Origin: Oopsacas minuta
Lineage: Eukaryota > Animalia > Porifera
NCBI GenBank assembly: GCA_024704765.1
Contig: JAKMXF010000221.1
Coordinates: 248,001-312,000, forward strand
Direction: 5' to 3'
Length of the DNA: 64,000 nucleotides
Below the pieces are notes generated by a model. The model saw only the letters and a list, made by a program, of their open reading frames with translations. It ran no database searches and was not told the DNA's origin. The translations under genes were made by a program, and so were the position numbers. The stretch's first letter is position 1. Each line of letters opens with the position of its first letter. Shown here piece after piece: positions 1-11,993 of this stretch.

Positions 1-3000
1 GAAGATTGAGAATGCTCAGGCATTTTTATGGCTTAGTCAGCTACGTCACAGATGGTCTGAAGAGAAAAAACATTGTTTTGCTAATATTTGTGATGCTGAA
101 TTCAGATACTCTTATGAGTACCTTGGTAACACTGCTAGACTGGTGATCACTCCTCTCACTGACAGGTGAATTATTCACAAATATTTAGATAAACTAGCTA
201 TTTATATACATATCTGTTACCATCTTATAGATGTTATATTACGCTTACTCAGTCACTTCATCTCACCATGAGTGGTGCTCCTGCCGGGCCAGCAGGAACT
301 GGAAAGACAGAGACTACAAAAGATCTGGGTCGTGCTCTGGGAATAATGGTCTATGTGTTCAACTGCTCTGAACAGATGGATTATAAGTCTATTGGGAATA
401 TTTACAAAGGTTTATCACAGACAGGTGCTTGGGGTTGTTTTGATGAGTTCAATAGAATTGCAGTAGAAGTGTTGTCTGTTGTCGCTGTGCAGGTGAAATG
501 CATCCAAGATTCCCTGAGAGACAAGAAAACACGGTTTATGTTCTTAGGCGAGGAGATTAACCTTAACAGTACTGTAGGCATATTCATTACAATGAATCCG
601 GGATATGCAGGACGAACTGAACTGCCCGAAAACTTAAAATCTCTATTCAGACCGTGTGCTATGGTAGTGCCAGACTTTGAGCTAATTTGTGAGATTATGT
701 TAGTAGCCGAGGGCTTTATCGATGCACGCTTGTTGGCTCGTAAATTTATCACTCTCTACACTCTCTGTAAAGATCTGCTCTCCAAACAGCCTCATTACGA
801 TTGGGGATTAAGAGCCATTAAATCTGTGTTGGTGGTAGCTGGTTCTCTCAAGAGAGGGGACAGAAGTCGACCTGAGGATCAGGTGTTGATGAGAGCTCTT
901 AGAGATTTCAACATTCCTAAGATTATCACTGACGATCTGCCCGTGTTCATGGGTCTTATCAGTGATCTGTTCCCTGCTTTGGATGTTCCCAGAAAGAGAG
1001 ATTTAGTATTTGAGACTGATGTTAAGAAAGCTGTAACGGAATTAAAGTTGCAGCCAGAAGATAGTTTCTGTCTTAAAATTGTACAATTTGAGGAGATCTT
1101 AGTCGTGAGACATTCTGTGTTTGTTATAGGAGCTGCAGGAACTGGTAAGACTCAAATTATTAAATCTCTAAACAAGACATACCAAATAATGGGCATGAAG
1201 CCTTACATTAACTATATCAATCCGAAAGCTGTTACGACTGACGAGTTGTACGGAGTTATTAATCCCTCCACCAGAGAATGGAAAGATGGACTCTTCTCAA
1301 CTACTATGCGTGACTTGTCCAATATTCCCAATGAGAATCCTAAATGGATTGTACTCGATGGAGACATAGATCCCATGTGGATAGAGTCCCTCAATACAGT
1401 CATGGATGATAACAAGGTTCTCACTCTTGCGTCGAATGAACGAGTTCCTCTCAACCCTTCAATGAGACTAGTTTTTGAAATATCACATGTAAGAGAGGCT
1501 ACCCCTGCTACTGTGTCACGTGCTGGTATCCTATTTGTTAACTACGCAGATTTAGGATGGAATCCTCCGATAGCTTCTTGGATTGAGACTCGTCCAATTC
1601 AATCAGAGCGAGCTAACCTAACTATACTATTCGATAAATATGTACCGTTTTGCTTGGACACCCTCCGCACCAGATTCCGTAAGATCACACCAATTGTAGA
1701 TCAGTGCATGACACAAATGCTGTGTTACTTGTTGGAGTGTTTACTGACGAAAGAGAACACACCAGCTGATTGTCCTAAGGAATGGTATGAGCTTTATTTC
1801 GTATTCGCGTCTGTGTGGGCTTTTGGAGGGACAATGTTCCAGGATCAGCTGATTGACTGGCGTACAGAGTTCAGCAAGTGGTGGGTGAACGAGTTCAAAG
1901 TAATTAAATTCCCAACTCAAGGCACTGTATTCGACTACTACATAGATAATGAGCAACACAAATGGGTTCCATGGAGCGAGAAGGTGCCAAAATTCGCATA
2001 TGATCCAGAGATACCGCTTCAATCTGTACTCGTGCATACAGCTGAGACTGTTCGTGTTAGTTATCTTATTGACATGTTGATGGAGAAAGGCCGTCCAGTG
2101 ATGTTAGTTGGCGCAGCTGGCTCAGGAAAAACTGTGCTAATCAATGACAAGTTCTCATCTCTCTCTGACGACTACATGGTAGCTACTATCCCATTCAATA
2201 ACTATACAACATCTTTAATGTTACAAGGAGTTATGGAGAAACCTCTTGAGAAGAAGGCTGGAAGGAACTACGGTCCTCCTGGACTCAAGAAGCTTATTTA
2301 CTTTATTGATGATATGAATATGCCTGAGGTTAGTTTTACTAGAAATTTTGCTAGAAATTAACGCTATTTTATGTTATCGTAATAGGTGGATTTCTATGGC
2401 ACAGTGCAACCCCATACTCTTATTCGTCAGCATTTAGACTACTCCATGTGGTACGACAGACATAAACTAACTCTTAAAGAAGTACATCGTTGTCAGTATG
2501 CTGCCTGCATGAACCCTACCTCTGGCTCTTTCACTATTAACACCAGACTGCAAAGGCATTTTTGTGTGTTCGGTATAAGCTTGCCAGGCCCTCAAGCTCT
2601 ACAGACTATCTACCAGAATATATATCAGGGACATGTAAAACAAGGTAACTTCTCAATGGGCATACAGCGTATGGTGGAGAAGATAGTACAAGCTGCACTC
2701 AACTTGCATATCAAAATTTCCACCACTTTCCTACCCACTGCAATCAAGTTCCACTATCTGTTCAATCTACGAGACATGTCTAACTTGTTTCAAGGCATGC
2801 TCTTTAGCACAAGTGAAATGTTTAAGACTCCATTAGATGTTGTCCGTCTCTGGCTACACGAGTCTTCTCGTGTCTATTGTGACAAGCTGATTGAAATCAA
2901 AGACATTGAACTGTTCAATAAGTTAAAGCTTGATATTGCCAAACAATCTTTTGAAGATTTTGATGAAGACAGTCTCAATTTAGATCCGTTGATATTCTGT

Positions 3001-6000
3001 CACTTCTCCTCGGGGATAGGCGAGCCTAAGTACGGCTTAATATCAAACTGGGACACCCTTAGGAAGACATTAGACGAAGCTCTTGAAGTTTATAACGAAG
3101 TTAATGCGGTTATGAATCTAGTATTATTCGAGGATGCTATGCAGCATATTTGTCGAATCAACAGAATACTGGAGTCTCCTAGAGGAAATGCACTGCTTGT
3201 TGGAGTAGGAGGTTCTGGAAAACAAAGTTTAACTCGTCTTGCAGCCTCTGTGAGTGCACTGGATGTATTCCAGATAACACTACGTAAGGGCTACAGCATG
3301 GCAGACATGCGTGTTGATCTAGCCCAGCTGTATATCAAGGCAGGAGTTAAGAATATAGGGACTGTGTTCCTTCTTACAGATGCTCAGGTACCTGAAGAGA
3401 AGTTTCTAGTTCTCGTCAACGATCTGTTGGCTTCTGGAGAGATTCCAGATCTATTCGCTGAAGATGATTTAGAATTAGTTTATACTGGAGTTAAGAATGA
3501 AGTTAGGGGATTAGGTATGGAGGATACTCGTGACAATTGCTGGAGATTCTTCATTGATCGCGTCAGACGTCAACTTAAGGTTGTTCTCTGCTTCTCGCCC
3601 GTGGGTACTACTCTTAGAATTCGTGCTAGGAAGTTCCCTGCTCTCGTGAATTGTACTTCCATCAATTGGTTCCACGAGTGGCCGGAGACTGCTATGGTGT
3701 CTGTGAGTGAGCGGTTTATTTCCGAGAATGAATTCGTTCCCGAGGAATCTCGTGAATCAATTTCCAGGTTCATGGCTTATGTTCATAGATGTGTTAACAA
3801 TATGAGTCGCGTCTACTTGACGAATGAACGTAGATACAATTACACAACTCCCAAAACCTTCTTAGAGCTAATCAGTCTTTATCTAAGTATGCTCGCTTCT
3901 AAAAACAAAGAACTGACAGACAACATAGAGCGATTGGAGAATGGTCTCACCAAATTGATAAATACTGCTTCACAAGTAGATGATTTGAAGGAGAAGCTCA
4001 AAGCTCAGGAAATTGAGCTGAAACAGAAGAATGATGATGCTGATGCTCTCATTCAACGTGTGGGGGTAGAAACTGAAATTGTACAAAAGGAGAAAGCTAT
4101 CGCAGACGTGGAAGAGAAGAAGGTAGTTGTTAAGGCAGAAGAGGTGGGCATTAAACAGAGATCTTGTGAAGACGATCTTGCTAAAGCTGAGCCTGCTCTT
4201 GTTGCAGCTGCTCAAGCTCTTGACACATTAAATAAAAACAATTTGAGCGAATTGAAAGCTTTCTCGCAACCTCCGCCAGCTGTTTTCACGGTTACAGCTG
4301 CTTGTATGGTACTATTGGCCCCTTCTAGTAAGATACCGAAAGACCGAAGCTGGAAGGCTTGTAAGATCATGATGGGGAAAGTAGATCAGTTTCTTGACTC
4401 GTTAATCCACTACGATAAAGAAAATATCGGTGATAACAACTTGAAAGAAGTACAACGTTATCTAGATGATCCTGAATTCACATATGCGAATATCTTAACA
4501 AAGTCTGTAGCTGCAGCAGGGCTCTGCTCCTGGGCAGTTAACATTGTCTCTTATTATCGTATCTATTGTGATGTAGAGCCTAAGAGAATAGCTCTGAAAG
4601 GTGCTAATGACGAGCTTGCAGCTGCTAAAGAAAAACTCTCTAAAATCCAGGCTAAGCTAAAGTCCCTGAATGACAATTTAGCAGAGCTGACTCGAGAGTT
4701 CGAGGAGGCGACTTCCGCTAAGCTTAAATGTCAGCAGCAAGCTGAGGAGACTGCCCAGACAATCTCACTCGCAAACAGACTAGTTGGAGGTCTAGGATCT
4801 GAGAAAGTACGGTGGGGTGAAGCTATTGAACAATTCAAACAAGAGTTGAAGAAACTACCTGGAGATGTGTTACTAGCCTCTTCCTACCTGTCTTATATGG
4901 GTTGCTTCGGACGATCCTACCGTGTAGATCTGCTTAACAACTACTGGTTGCCGTTCTTCAAGGATATTAAGGTAATAATATCCTAGAAATTATTCTACTA
5001 AATAATGTGCTTATTAATTAATATATTTGTATAGCCTCCAGTCTCTTACACTGAGGGTCTAGATCTGTTAAAGCTACTGACTGATGATGCTAAGATTGCT
5101 ACATGGAATAACCAGAATCTCCCTAACGACAGAATGTCAATCGAGAATGCTACTATCCTTCTGAATGCAGAGAGATGGTCTCTCATGATTGACCCTCAGT
5201 TACAGGGAATAAAGTGGATAAAAACAAGGGTAGGATCTGAGCTGAAAGTAGTACGATTAGGACAGAGAGGATATCTGGACACGATCGAGAGAGCTGTCTC
5301 ATCAGGTAATATTTTACTACCAGATAATTATTCTACAGAAATATATTATTTGTTTGTTTATTTCTTTATTTAGGCGATACCTTACTGCTGGAGAATATCG
5401 GAGAGAATGTAGAACCTGTGCTAGATGCCCTAATAGGTAGAAATACTATCAAGAAGGGACGATACATCAAGATTGGAGACAAGGAAGTAGAGTTTGACTC
5501 TAGATTCAGACTAATCCTTCACACTAAACTAGCTAATCCACATTACAAACCTGAAATGCAAGCTCAGACTACTCTGATAAATTTTATGGTTACTCGTGAG
5601 GGTCTGGAGGATCAGCTGTTAGCAGATGTAGTAGGATTTGAGAGGCCTGATCTGGAGAAATCAAAGGTTAGTAAATTGGTAGTTATATAAATTATATATT
5701 TTATTTAATATTCTCTTAGGCTGAACTGACAAAACAACAAAATGACTTCAAGATAAAGCTGAAAGAATTAGAAGATTCTCTACTACACAGACTCTCTTCA
5801 GCTAAGGGTGATATCCTCAAGGATACAGCTCTTGTTGAGAATTTGGAAATAACCAAGGCAACAGCTCAGGACATTGAGATCAAGGTGAAGGAAGCTAAGA
5901 AGACAGAGGAACAGATTAACTTGACTCGAGAGAGCTATAGACCAGTAGCTTCTCGTGCTGCTCTCCTTTACTTCATTCTTAATGATCTCCATAAGATACA

Positions 6001-8432
6001 TCCTATGTATCAGTTCTCTCTCAAAGCTTTCAAAGTTGTATTTGAGAAAGCTATCAACAGGACTCCCGCAGCAGAAACAATCAAGGAGCGAGTAGACACA
6101 CTGATCGAGTATGTGACATACGCAGTGTTCAATTACACATCTCGTGGTCTATTTGAGAGAGACAAGATTATCTTCACTACTCAGGTCGTATTCCAGGTCC
6201 TCCTGTCTGCTAAAGACATTGATCCTGGAGAATTAGACTTTCTGCTAAGATTTGGAATCGTTCAGAACGTAGTATCGCCTGTAGACTTTCTGAACAATCC
6301 TGCTTGGGGAGGAGTTAAAGCTCTCTCTAACATGGATCAGTTCAGAAATCTGGACAGAGATATTGAAGGCTCTGCTAAGCGATGGAAGAAGTTTGTTGAA
6401 TCGGAGTGCCCTGAAAAAGAAAAATTTCCCCAAGAGTGGAAGAACAAGAGTTCTCTTCAGAAGTTATGCATGATGCGAGCCTTACGTCCGGACAGGATGA
6501 CATATGCTGTTAAGATTTTCGTGGAAGAGAAGCTAGGCAGAAAATATGTAGAGGGACGTGGTATTGATTTCACTAAGTCGTTTGAAGAGACAGGTCCCGA
6601 GACTCCTGTGTTCTTCATCTTATCTCCAGGAGTAGACCCTTTGAAGGATGTAGAGATCTTGGGGAAGAAGCTGGGATTTACTGGAGACAATAAAAACTTC
6701 CATAACGTATCTCTGGGACAAGGTCAGGAAGTGGTGGCTGAGAATGCGTTAGATTGCTCCGCAGAAAAAGGACATTGGGTTGTCTTACAGAATATACATT
6801 TGGTAGCTCGCTGGTTGCCATCTCTTGAGAAGAAGCTAGAGTCTACTGCTGCTAGTGGTCACAAGGATTTCAGAGTGTTTATGTCAGCTGAGCCGTCTGG
6901 GACTGTAGAATCTCACATCATACCTCAAGGCATCCTTGAGTCCTCAATTAAAATTACAAACGAACCTCCAACCGGTATCAAAGCCAATCTACACGCTGCG
7001 ATGGACAACTTCTCACAGGATACACTTGAGATGTGTGCAAAGGAGAATGAGTTTAAATCTATTCTATTCGCTCTTTGCTATTTCCATGCCGTAGTATGTG
7101 AGAGACGTAAATTCGGGCCTCAAGGCTGGAATAGAACATACCCTTACAACATGGGAGATCTCACTATGTCAGTTAATGTACTCTATAATTACCTTGAAGC
7201 TAATGCTAAAGTTCCTTGGCCAGATTTGCGTTACTTGTTTGGAGAGATCATGTACGGTGGTCACATCACTGATGACTGGGATCGCTGTCTCTGCAGGACC
7301 TATCTTGAGGAATACATGCGGGCCGAGCTACTGGACGGAGACATGGAGTATTCGCCTGGATTCAACTGTCCGCCTAATCTTGACTACAATGGATATCACG
7401 AGTACATTGATGACGTACTCCCTCCCGAATCACCTTATCTCTACGGGTTACATCCTAATGCTGAAATTGGGTTCTTGACCACAGCATCTGATAACTTATT
7501 CAAGACAGTACTTGAAATGCAGCCAAAAGATATGGGAGCTAGTGCTACTACTGGGATGAGTCGTGAAGAAAAGATTAAGAATCTGCTAGATGAGATTCTA
7601 GACAAGCTACCAGAAGAATTCAATATTTTGGAGTTGACAGGACGAGTAGAAGATCGTACTCCTTATGTTGTAGTTGCATTCCAGGAATGTGAACGGATGA
7701 ATACTCTAACCAAAGAGATGAAGCGCTCTCTCAAAGAGCTTGATTTAGGCCTAAAGGTATATAACCATTCTCAATTTATAATATTAATTATGTTTATTTT
7801 CTATTACTATATAGGGTGAATTGACGATATCACCACAAATGGAGTCTCTCGGAAATTCTCTCTTCTTTGACAATGTTCCCGACATGTGGACTTCAAGAGC
7901 TTACCCATCTCTGAACAGTTTGGGTACCTGGTTCTTAGACCTGCTCATGAGGATGAAGGAGCTAGAGAACTGGGTGGCTGACTTCCACATGCCTACTGCT
8001 ATCTGGCTATCTGGGTTCTTCAACCCACAATCCTTCCTTACAGCTATCATGCAGTCCATGGCTAGAAAGAATGAGTGGCCACTGGATAAAATGTGTCTAC
8101 AATGTGACGTCACTAAAAAGAACCGTGAGGATTTCGCAAGTGCTCCAAGAGAAGGCGCCTACATTCATGGTCTCTACATGGAAGGTGCCAGATGGGACAT
8201 ACAGACTGGTGTGATACAAGAAGCCCGTTTGAAAGAACTTACTCCAACAATTCCTGTTATATTCATTCGTGCCGTCCCAGTTGACAAACAGGATCTGAAG
8301 AACATGTACCCATGTCCTGTTTATAAAACAAGGCATCGAGGCCATACTTTCGTATGGACATTCAATCTTAAAACCAAGGAGAAATCCTCCAAATGGGTAA
8401 TCGCTGGTGTAGCTGTTCTCCTGCAGATATAG
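1..8432 (+). CDS. DNAH9: Axonemal outer-arm beta-type dynein heavy chain (DNAH9/11/17 family), 5'-truncated by the window edge
   Basis: Exons <1-165, 231-2328, 2386-4971, 5035-5305, 5374-5666, 5720-7756, 7815-8432, joined in frame by six GT-AG introns of 53-68 nt. P-loops GPAGTGKT (AAA1), [24 protein letters not shown]; [19 protein letters not shown]; C-terminus [18 protein letters not shown] typical of DNAH9/17/11. Probably a co-ortholog of these vertebrate paralogs. Confidence 0.93.
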
Positions 8433-8670
8433 TAACCTGATCACTATGCTATTAACCGATAAAATAACCTATTAACTCTTGTCATTATATATCCGTGTTC
8501 TACATATTCGAATAGGTCGCGTATATTTATTTCTTCTAGCTAGTATATTATTCTTATTGTTCTAATAAAAGTGTTAATTCAAATACATTATCTGTTCCTT
8601 ATCCGTAGACCTGTTTAAAGATTGTTATGAAAACAATAATCTTCTAGATTTATATTATTGTGTAGCTGTC

Positions 8671-9069
8671 ATGTCACTTGAAACTCAGCTGATTTCTACT
8701 TATAGCCGACAACTTAAAGATAATATTAAAGCTATTGCTGAGAATTACACAGAGATACTACAATGCTCTAAAATAAAACAAAATATTTTTGATGAAAGGG
8801 AATCTTTTACTTTTGAGCAATCTCGTTTTGAAATGTTAGTCCGTGCGCAGAAAATAGTACGAGCTGCTGAGGCATTAGCCCAACTATCCTCTGACATAAA
8901 GGAACATATTTTATTGAATGATTTTTCTCTCATCAACAAGTCAATAGATCAACATACAGCTCATATACAAGATGCATGTAAGCAGTCTAAAGGAGAAATT
9001 GAAGGACTCAGAAAAGAGTTGCTGCAATCTTCTCAAGATCAGGGCATTAATTATGATCATTTGCTTTAG
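8671..9069 (+). CDS. MED22: Mediator subunit 22
   Basis: 132 aa single exon; YSRQLKDNIKAIAENYTEIL...EMLVRAQKIVRAAEALAQLSSDIKEHILLNDF matches the Med22 signature. Confidence 0.88.
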   Translation: MSLETQLISTYSRQLKDNIKAIAENYTEILQCSKIKQNIFDERESFTFEQSRFEMLVRAQKIVRAAEALAQLSSDIKEHILLNDFSLINKSIDQHTAHIQDACKQSKGEIEGLRKELLQSSQDQGINYDHLL

Positions 9070-9541
9070 ATAATTACAAATGTTATGCCAGTTATTGCAT
9101 CAGTTTGTTCATATAAATTCGTATTTGAAGGAGAAGTTCAACAAAACTTAACGCAGTTCTGAGCGGATGCTACAATATACGATTACATAAAATTAGTTAC
9201 ATAAAGGGGTAAAACTTGGTAATTGCTACTAAACAATTAAAAATGACTGGCCCTCACCCCCCCCCCAGGTTAAACTCGAGTTCGTACCGTGTCTCTAATT
9301 ACATAATCTACTTATCACAAGATACTTATGAGACATGTTAAATTATAATCTCGTGTCCATTGAGTTTCATATTTATTTCTCGTTTACTTTGAATGTGACT
9401 TGCAACCCTAAAAATAGCCACTAATTAGCCAGGCCAAAAATCTATATCAGTTAGTTGTATAAAATCAACTGAATCATAAGTACGCTTAATACCTCCAGCT
9501 AATATTCAAACTAAAGTTACCAAATTGTATAAAGTGAATAC

Positions 9542-10564
9542 ATGAAGTTAACCGTGTTGCTCCTTGTGTGTGGGTTGCTGGCTATCAACGCTGCTAACAT
9601 CAACCTTGATACATATCCATTCGAAAAAGAAATTGCCATGGTGAACTCTCTTCCGGACGCTACCTGGACTGCTGGTCGACAAGAACGATTCAAGGGTATG
9701 ACAGAAGAGGATGTTGCGGTCTTGTGTGGAGTCATTAACGGGACTTACAACCCACTTCCCATTATGAGTATCCCAGTGTTGAAAGATATTCCAGCCGAAT
9801 TCGATGCTCGCACTAAATGGGCAAGATGTCCTTCCATTGGTACAATACAGGACCAGAGCAATTGCGGGTCATGTTGGGCTTTCGGAGCTGCAGAAGCTAT
9901 GTCAGATCGCTACTGCATACACCTTAATATGTCACTGAACATATCCGCAGCTGATTTGATGGAGTGCTGTGAGAGTTGTGGTAATGGTTGTGAAGGAGGA
10001 TTCCCTGAAGCTGCGTGGAATTATTGGACTAGAAGTGGGATTTGTACTGGGGGGTTGTACGAGAAATCTGAGGATAAATCTTCTACCTGCAAACCCTATC
10101 CTTTACCAAGCTGTGAACACCATATCGTGGGTAAAGAACCTCCATGTTCTAAGAAAATAGCAAAAACACCAGAATGCACACAGACCTGTCATAAGGGATA
10201 TACAACACCTTACAAACAAGACTTGCACTACGGCTCAGTATCCTACTCCCTGGACGTGAGTGTCAACGGGGTACAAAGTATACAGACGGAGATAATGACT
10301 AACGGACCTGTTGAGGCCGCCTTCACTGTCTACTCTGACTTCCCAACCTACAAGAGTGGTGTCTATAAGAGACACTCTTTAGACCCTCTAGGCGGGCATG
10401 CAGTTAAGATCCTTGGCTGGGGTGTACTAAATGGTGAACCCTACTGGCTTGTAGCTAACTCCTGGAATCCTGATTGGGGTAACAAGGGCTTCTTCTTGAT
10501 CCTGAGGGGACATAATGAGTGTGGGATCGAGGAACAGATAACGGCCGGCATGCCTAAAAACTAA
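9542..10564 (+). CDS. CTSB: Cathepsin B (papain family C1A) preproenzyme
   Basis: 340 aa single exon with signal peptide; QSNCGSCWAF (catalytic Cys), occluding loop CEHH, GGHAVKI (His), ANSWN (Asn). Confidence 0.95.
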   Translation: MKLTVLLLVCGLLAINAANINLDTYPFEKEIAMVNSLPDATWTAGRQERFKGMTEEDVAVLCGVINGTYNPLPIMSIPVLKDIPAEFDARTKWARCPSIGTIQDQSNCGSCWAFGAAEAMSDRYCIHLNMSLNISAADLMECCESCGNGCEGGFPEAAWNYWTRSGICTGGLYEKSEDKSSTCKPYPLPSCEHHIVGKEPPCSKKIAKTPECTQTCHKGYTTPYKQDLHYGSVSYSLDVSVNGVQSIQTEIMTNGPVEAAFTVYSDFPTYKSGVYKRHSLDPLGGHAVKILGWGVLNGEPYWLVANSWNPDWGNKGFFLILRGHNECGIEEQITAGMPKN

Positions 10565-10904
10565 ACTAATCGAAGTCTAGTTAGGATACTAACTCCTCTA
10601 CCTATGCTATCCTGTTACGTGTATAGTATAAATACTGTATTATTTGTTTGTTTTATCTTAATTATAGTTTTCCGTTCTTACTATCTTTCGGCTGGAGGGC
10701 TAAGACTAGCGGGACATATTTATAATTGATATGCTATGATTGGTCCATTGACATATGTTATGTTTGGTATAAGATACAGTAGTGTTTATAGGATCAGTTG
10801 ATGTTAGCTGCTCTCTGGGAATTATTATAGTTCAGTTACGGAACTAATAAGATTCCAATGAATTATGCTCTTAATTAGTGAGTTTATCTTTTAAGTCCCC
10901 TCTC

Positions 10905-11873
10905 ATGGTTGAGAGTTCTACCATCGACAAATCTCCTGGGGCAGCAGCAGAAGCTCTAGAACAGAGAAACGCGCTTATCTCTCGTACAGGAGAAATGTTG
11001 TTAGTTTCTGATTCTATCTTTAAACATTCCCAATTGCTGTCCACAATGAATTGTGTCTTGGAATCAGAAAGAGAAGCTATTCCTCTACCTAACGTATCAA
11101 CTAGCTGTCTAAAGAGGATAATACAGTTCGTGGAGTGTAATCCTACTCTTTCATTGCAAAACGTAGCTAGTTCTCAATGTTGTGACTACTTCCATGGGAT
11201 CTCAATTGAAGAATTACGTGAACTGATGTTAGCTGCAAACTACATGGACATGCCTGTCCTCTTGCTAATAGTTGGGCGGTCCATCGGTGAAATTTTCAAA
11301 GACATGCCTCTTGAGAATCTCGCTAAGAGAGTAGGATTTAAGAAGCCTGAGGATGACGTCATAAAGAAGGAATACTTAAATGATCTTATAGTACACTTCG
11401 TAAAGGAATACGGTCTATGCATACCTATATTAGACTATGCTGGAGTATGGAATAGGATAAGTATACAAACAGACGCTGCCTTCCAGAAGGGGAACTGTAC
11501 TGACTTGTATCTGAGCATATATCTGCCTAATGAAGTTGTTACTAGAGGCCCACGAGCACTAGAAATCAGTGTAGACTCCCATGATCAGGGGTGGTCTAGT
11601 TACCCTCATCAGCATAACACACGGGAGGGTAGCTGGACATATGGAGAAGTATGGGTAAGAGATGGGAAGGGAGAGAAACTATGTTCTTTTGAGGTGTATT
11701 GTAATCTACATGCATGTCATAATTGGGAACTACAGTCTAAGACATTTGATAGATATCATGAAATTATGTCATACATCAAGCCAGGAGTTTCAATTGATCT
11801 TATGTTGTGTGCTCGTTTTCCTGGATGGATTAACAATACGAGATTTGCTAAAATGACATTGTTCTTTTTGTAA
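10905..11873 (+). CDS. Skp1-like POZ/dimerisation domain fused to a C-terminal SHDQGW-motif domain
   Basis: First ATG at 10905 (the ORF track starts at a GTG at 10878). N-half has Skp1 motifs IPLPNVSTSCLKRIIQF and ELMLAANYMDM; C-half has ILDYAGVW, DSHDQGWSSYP and GSWTYGEV. Single exon. Confidence 0.75.
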   Translation: MVESSTIDKSPGAAAEALEQRNALISRTGEMLLVSDSIFKHSQLLSTMNCVLESEREAIPLPNVSTSCLKRIIQFVECNPTLSLQNVASSQCCDYFHGISIEELRELMLAANYMDMPVLLLIVGRSIGEIFKDMPLENLAKRVGFKKPEDDVIKKEYLNDLIVHFVKEYGLCIPILDYAGVWNRISIQTDAAFQKGNCTDLYLSIYLPNEVVTRGPRALEISVDSHDQGWSSYPHQHNTREGSWTYGEVWVRDGKGEKLCSFEVYCNLHACHNWELQSKTFDRYHEIMSYIKPGVSIDLMLCARFPGWINNTRFAKMTLFFL

Positions 11874-11993
11874 ATATTTTAATAAATAGCCTGCACACAT
11901 ATTTTGTAACATTAAGAAATAATATATTAGAATACTATTGCTGAATTCTCAGAGAAAGTCATATATAATGACATTGTTCCTCAAATAGGTAAC

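Noticed and set aside
9251-9300. C10 run (9257-9266) in a GC-richer patch upstream of cathepsin B; possible MITE remnant or G-quadruplex
   Set aside because: No terminal inverted repeats, target-site duplication or second copy in the window, and too few separate G-tracts.
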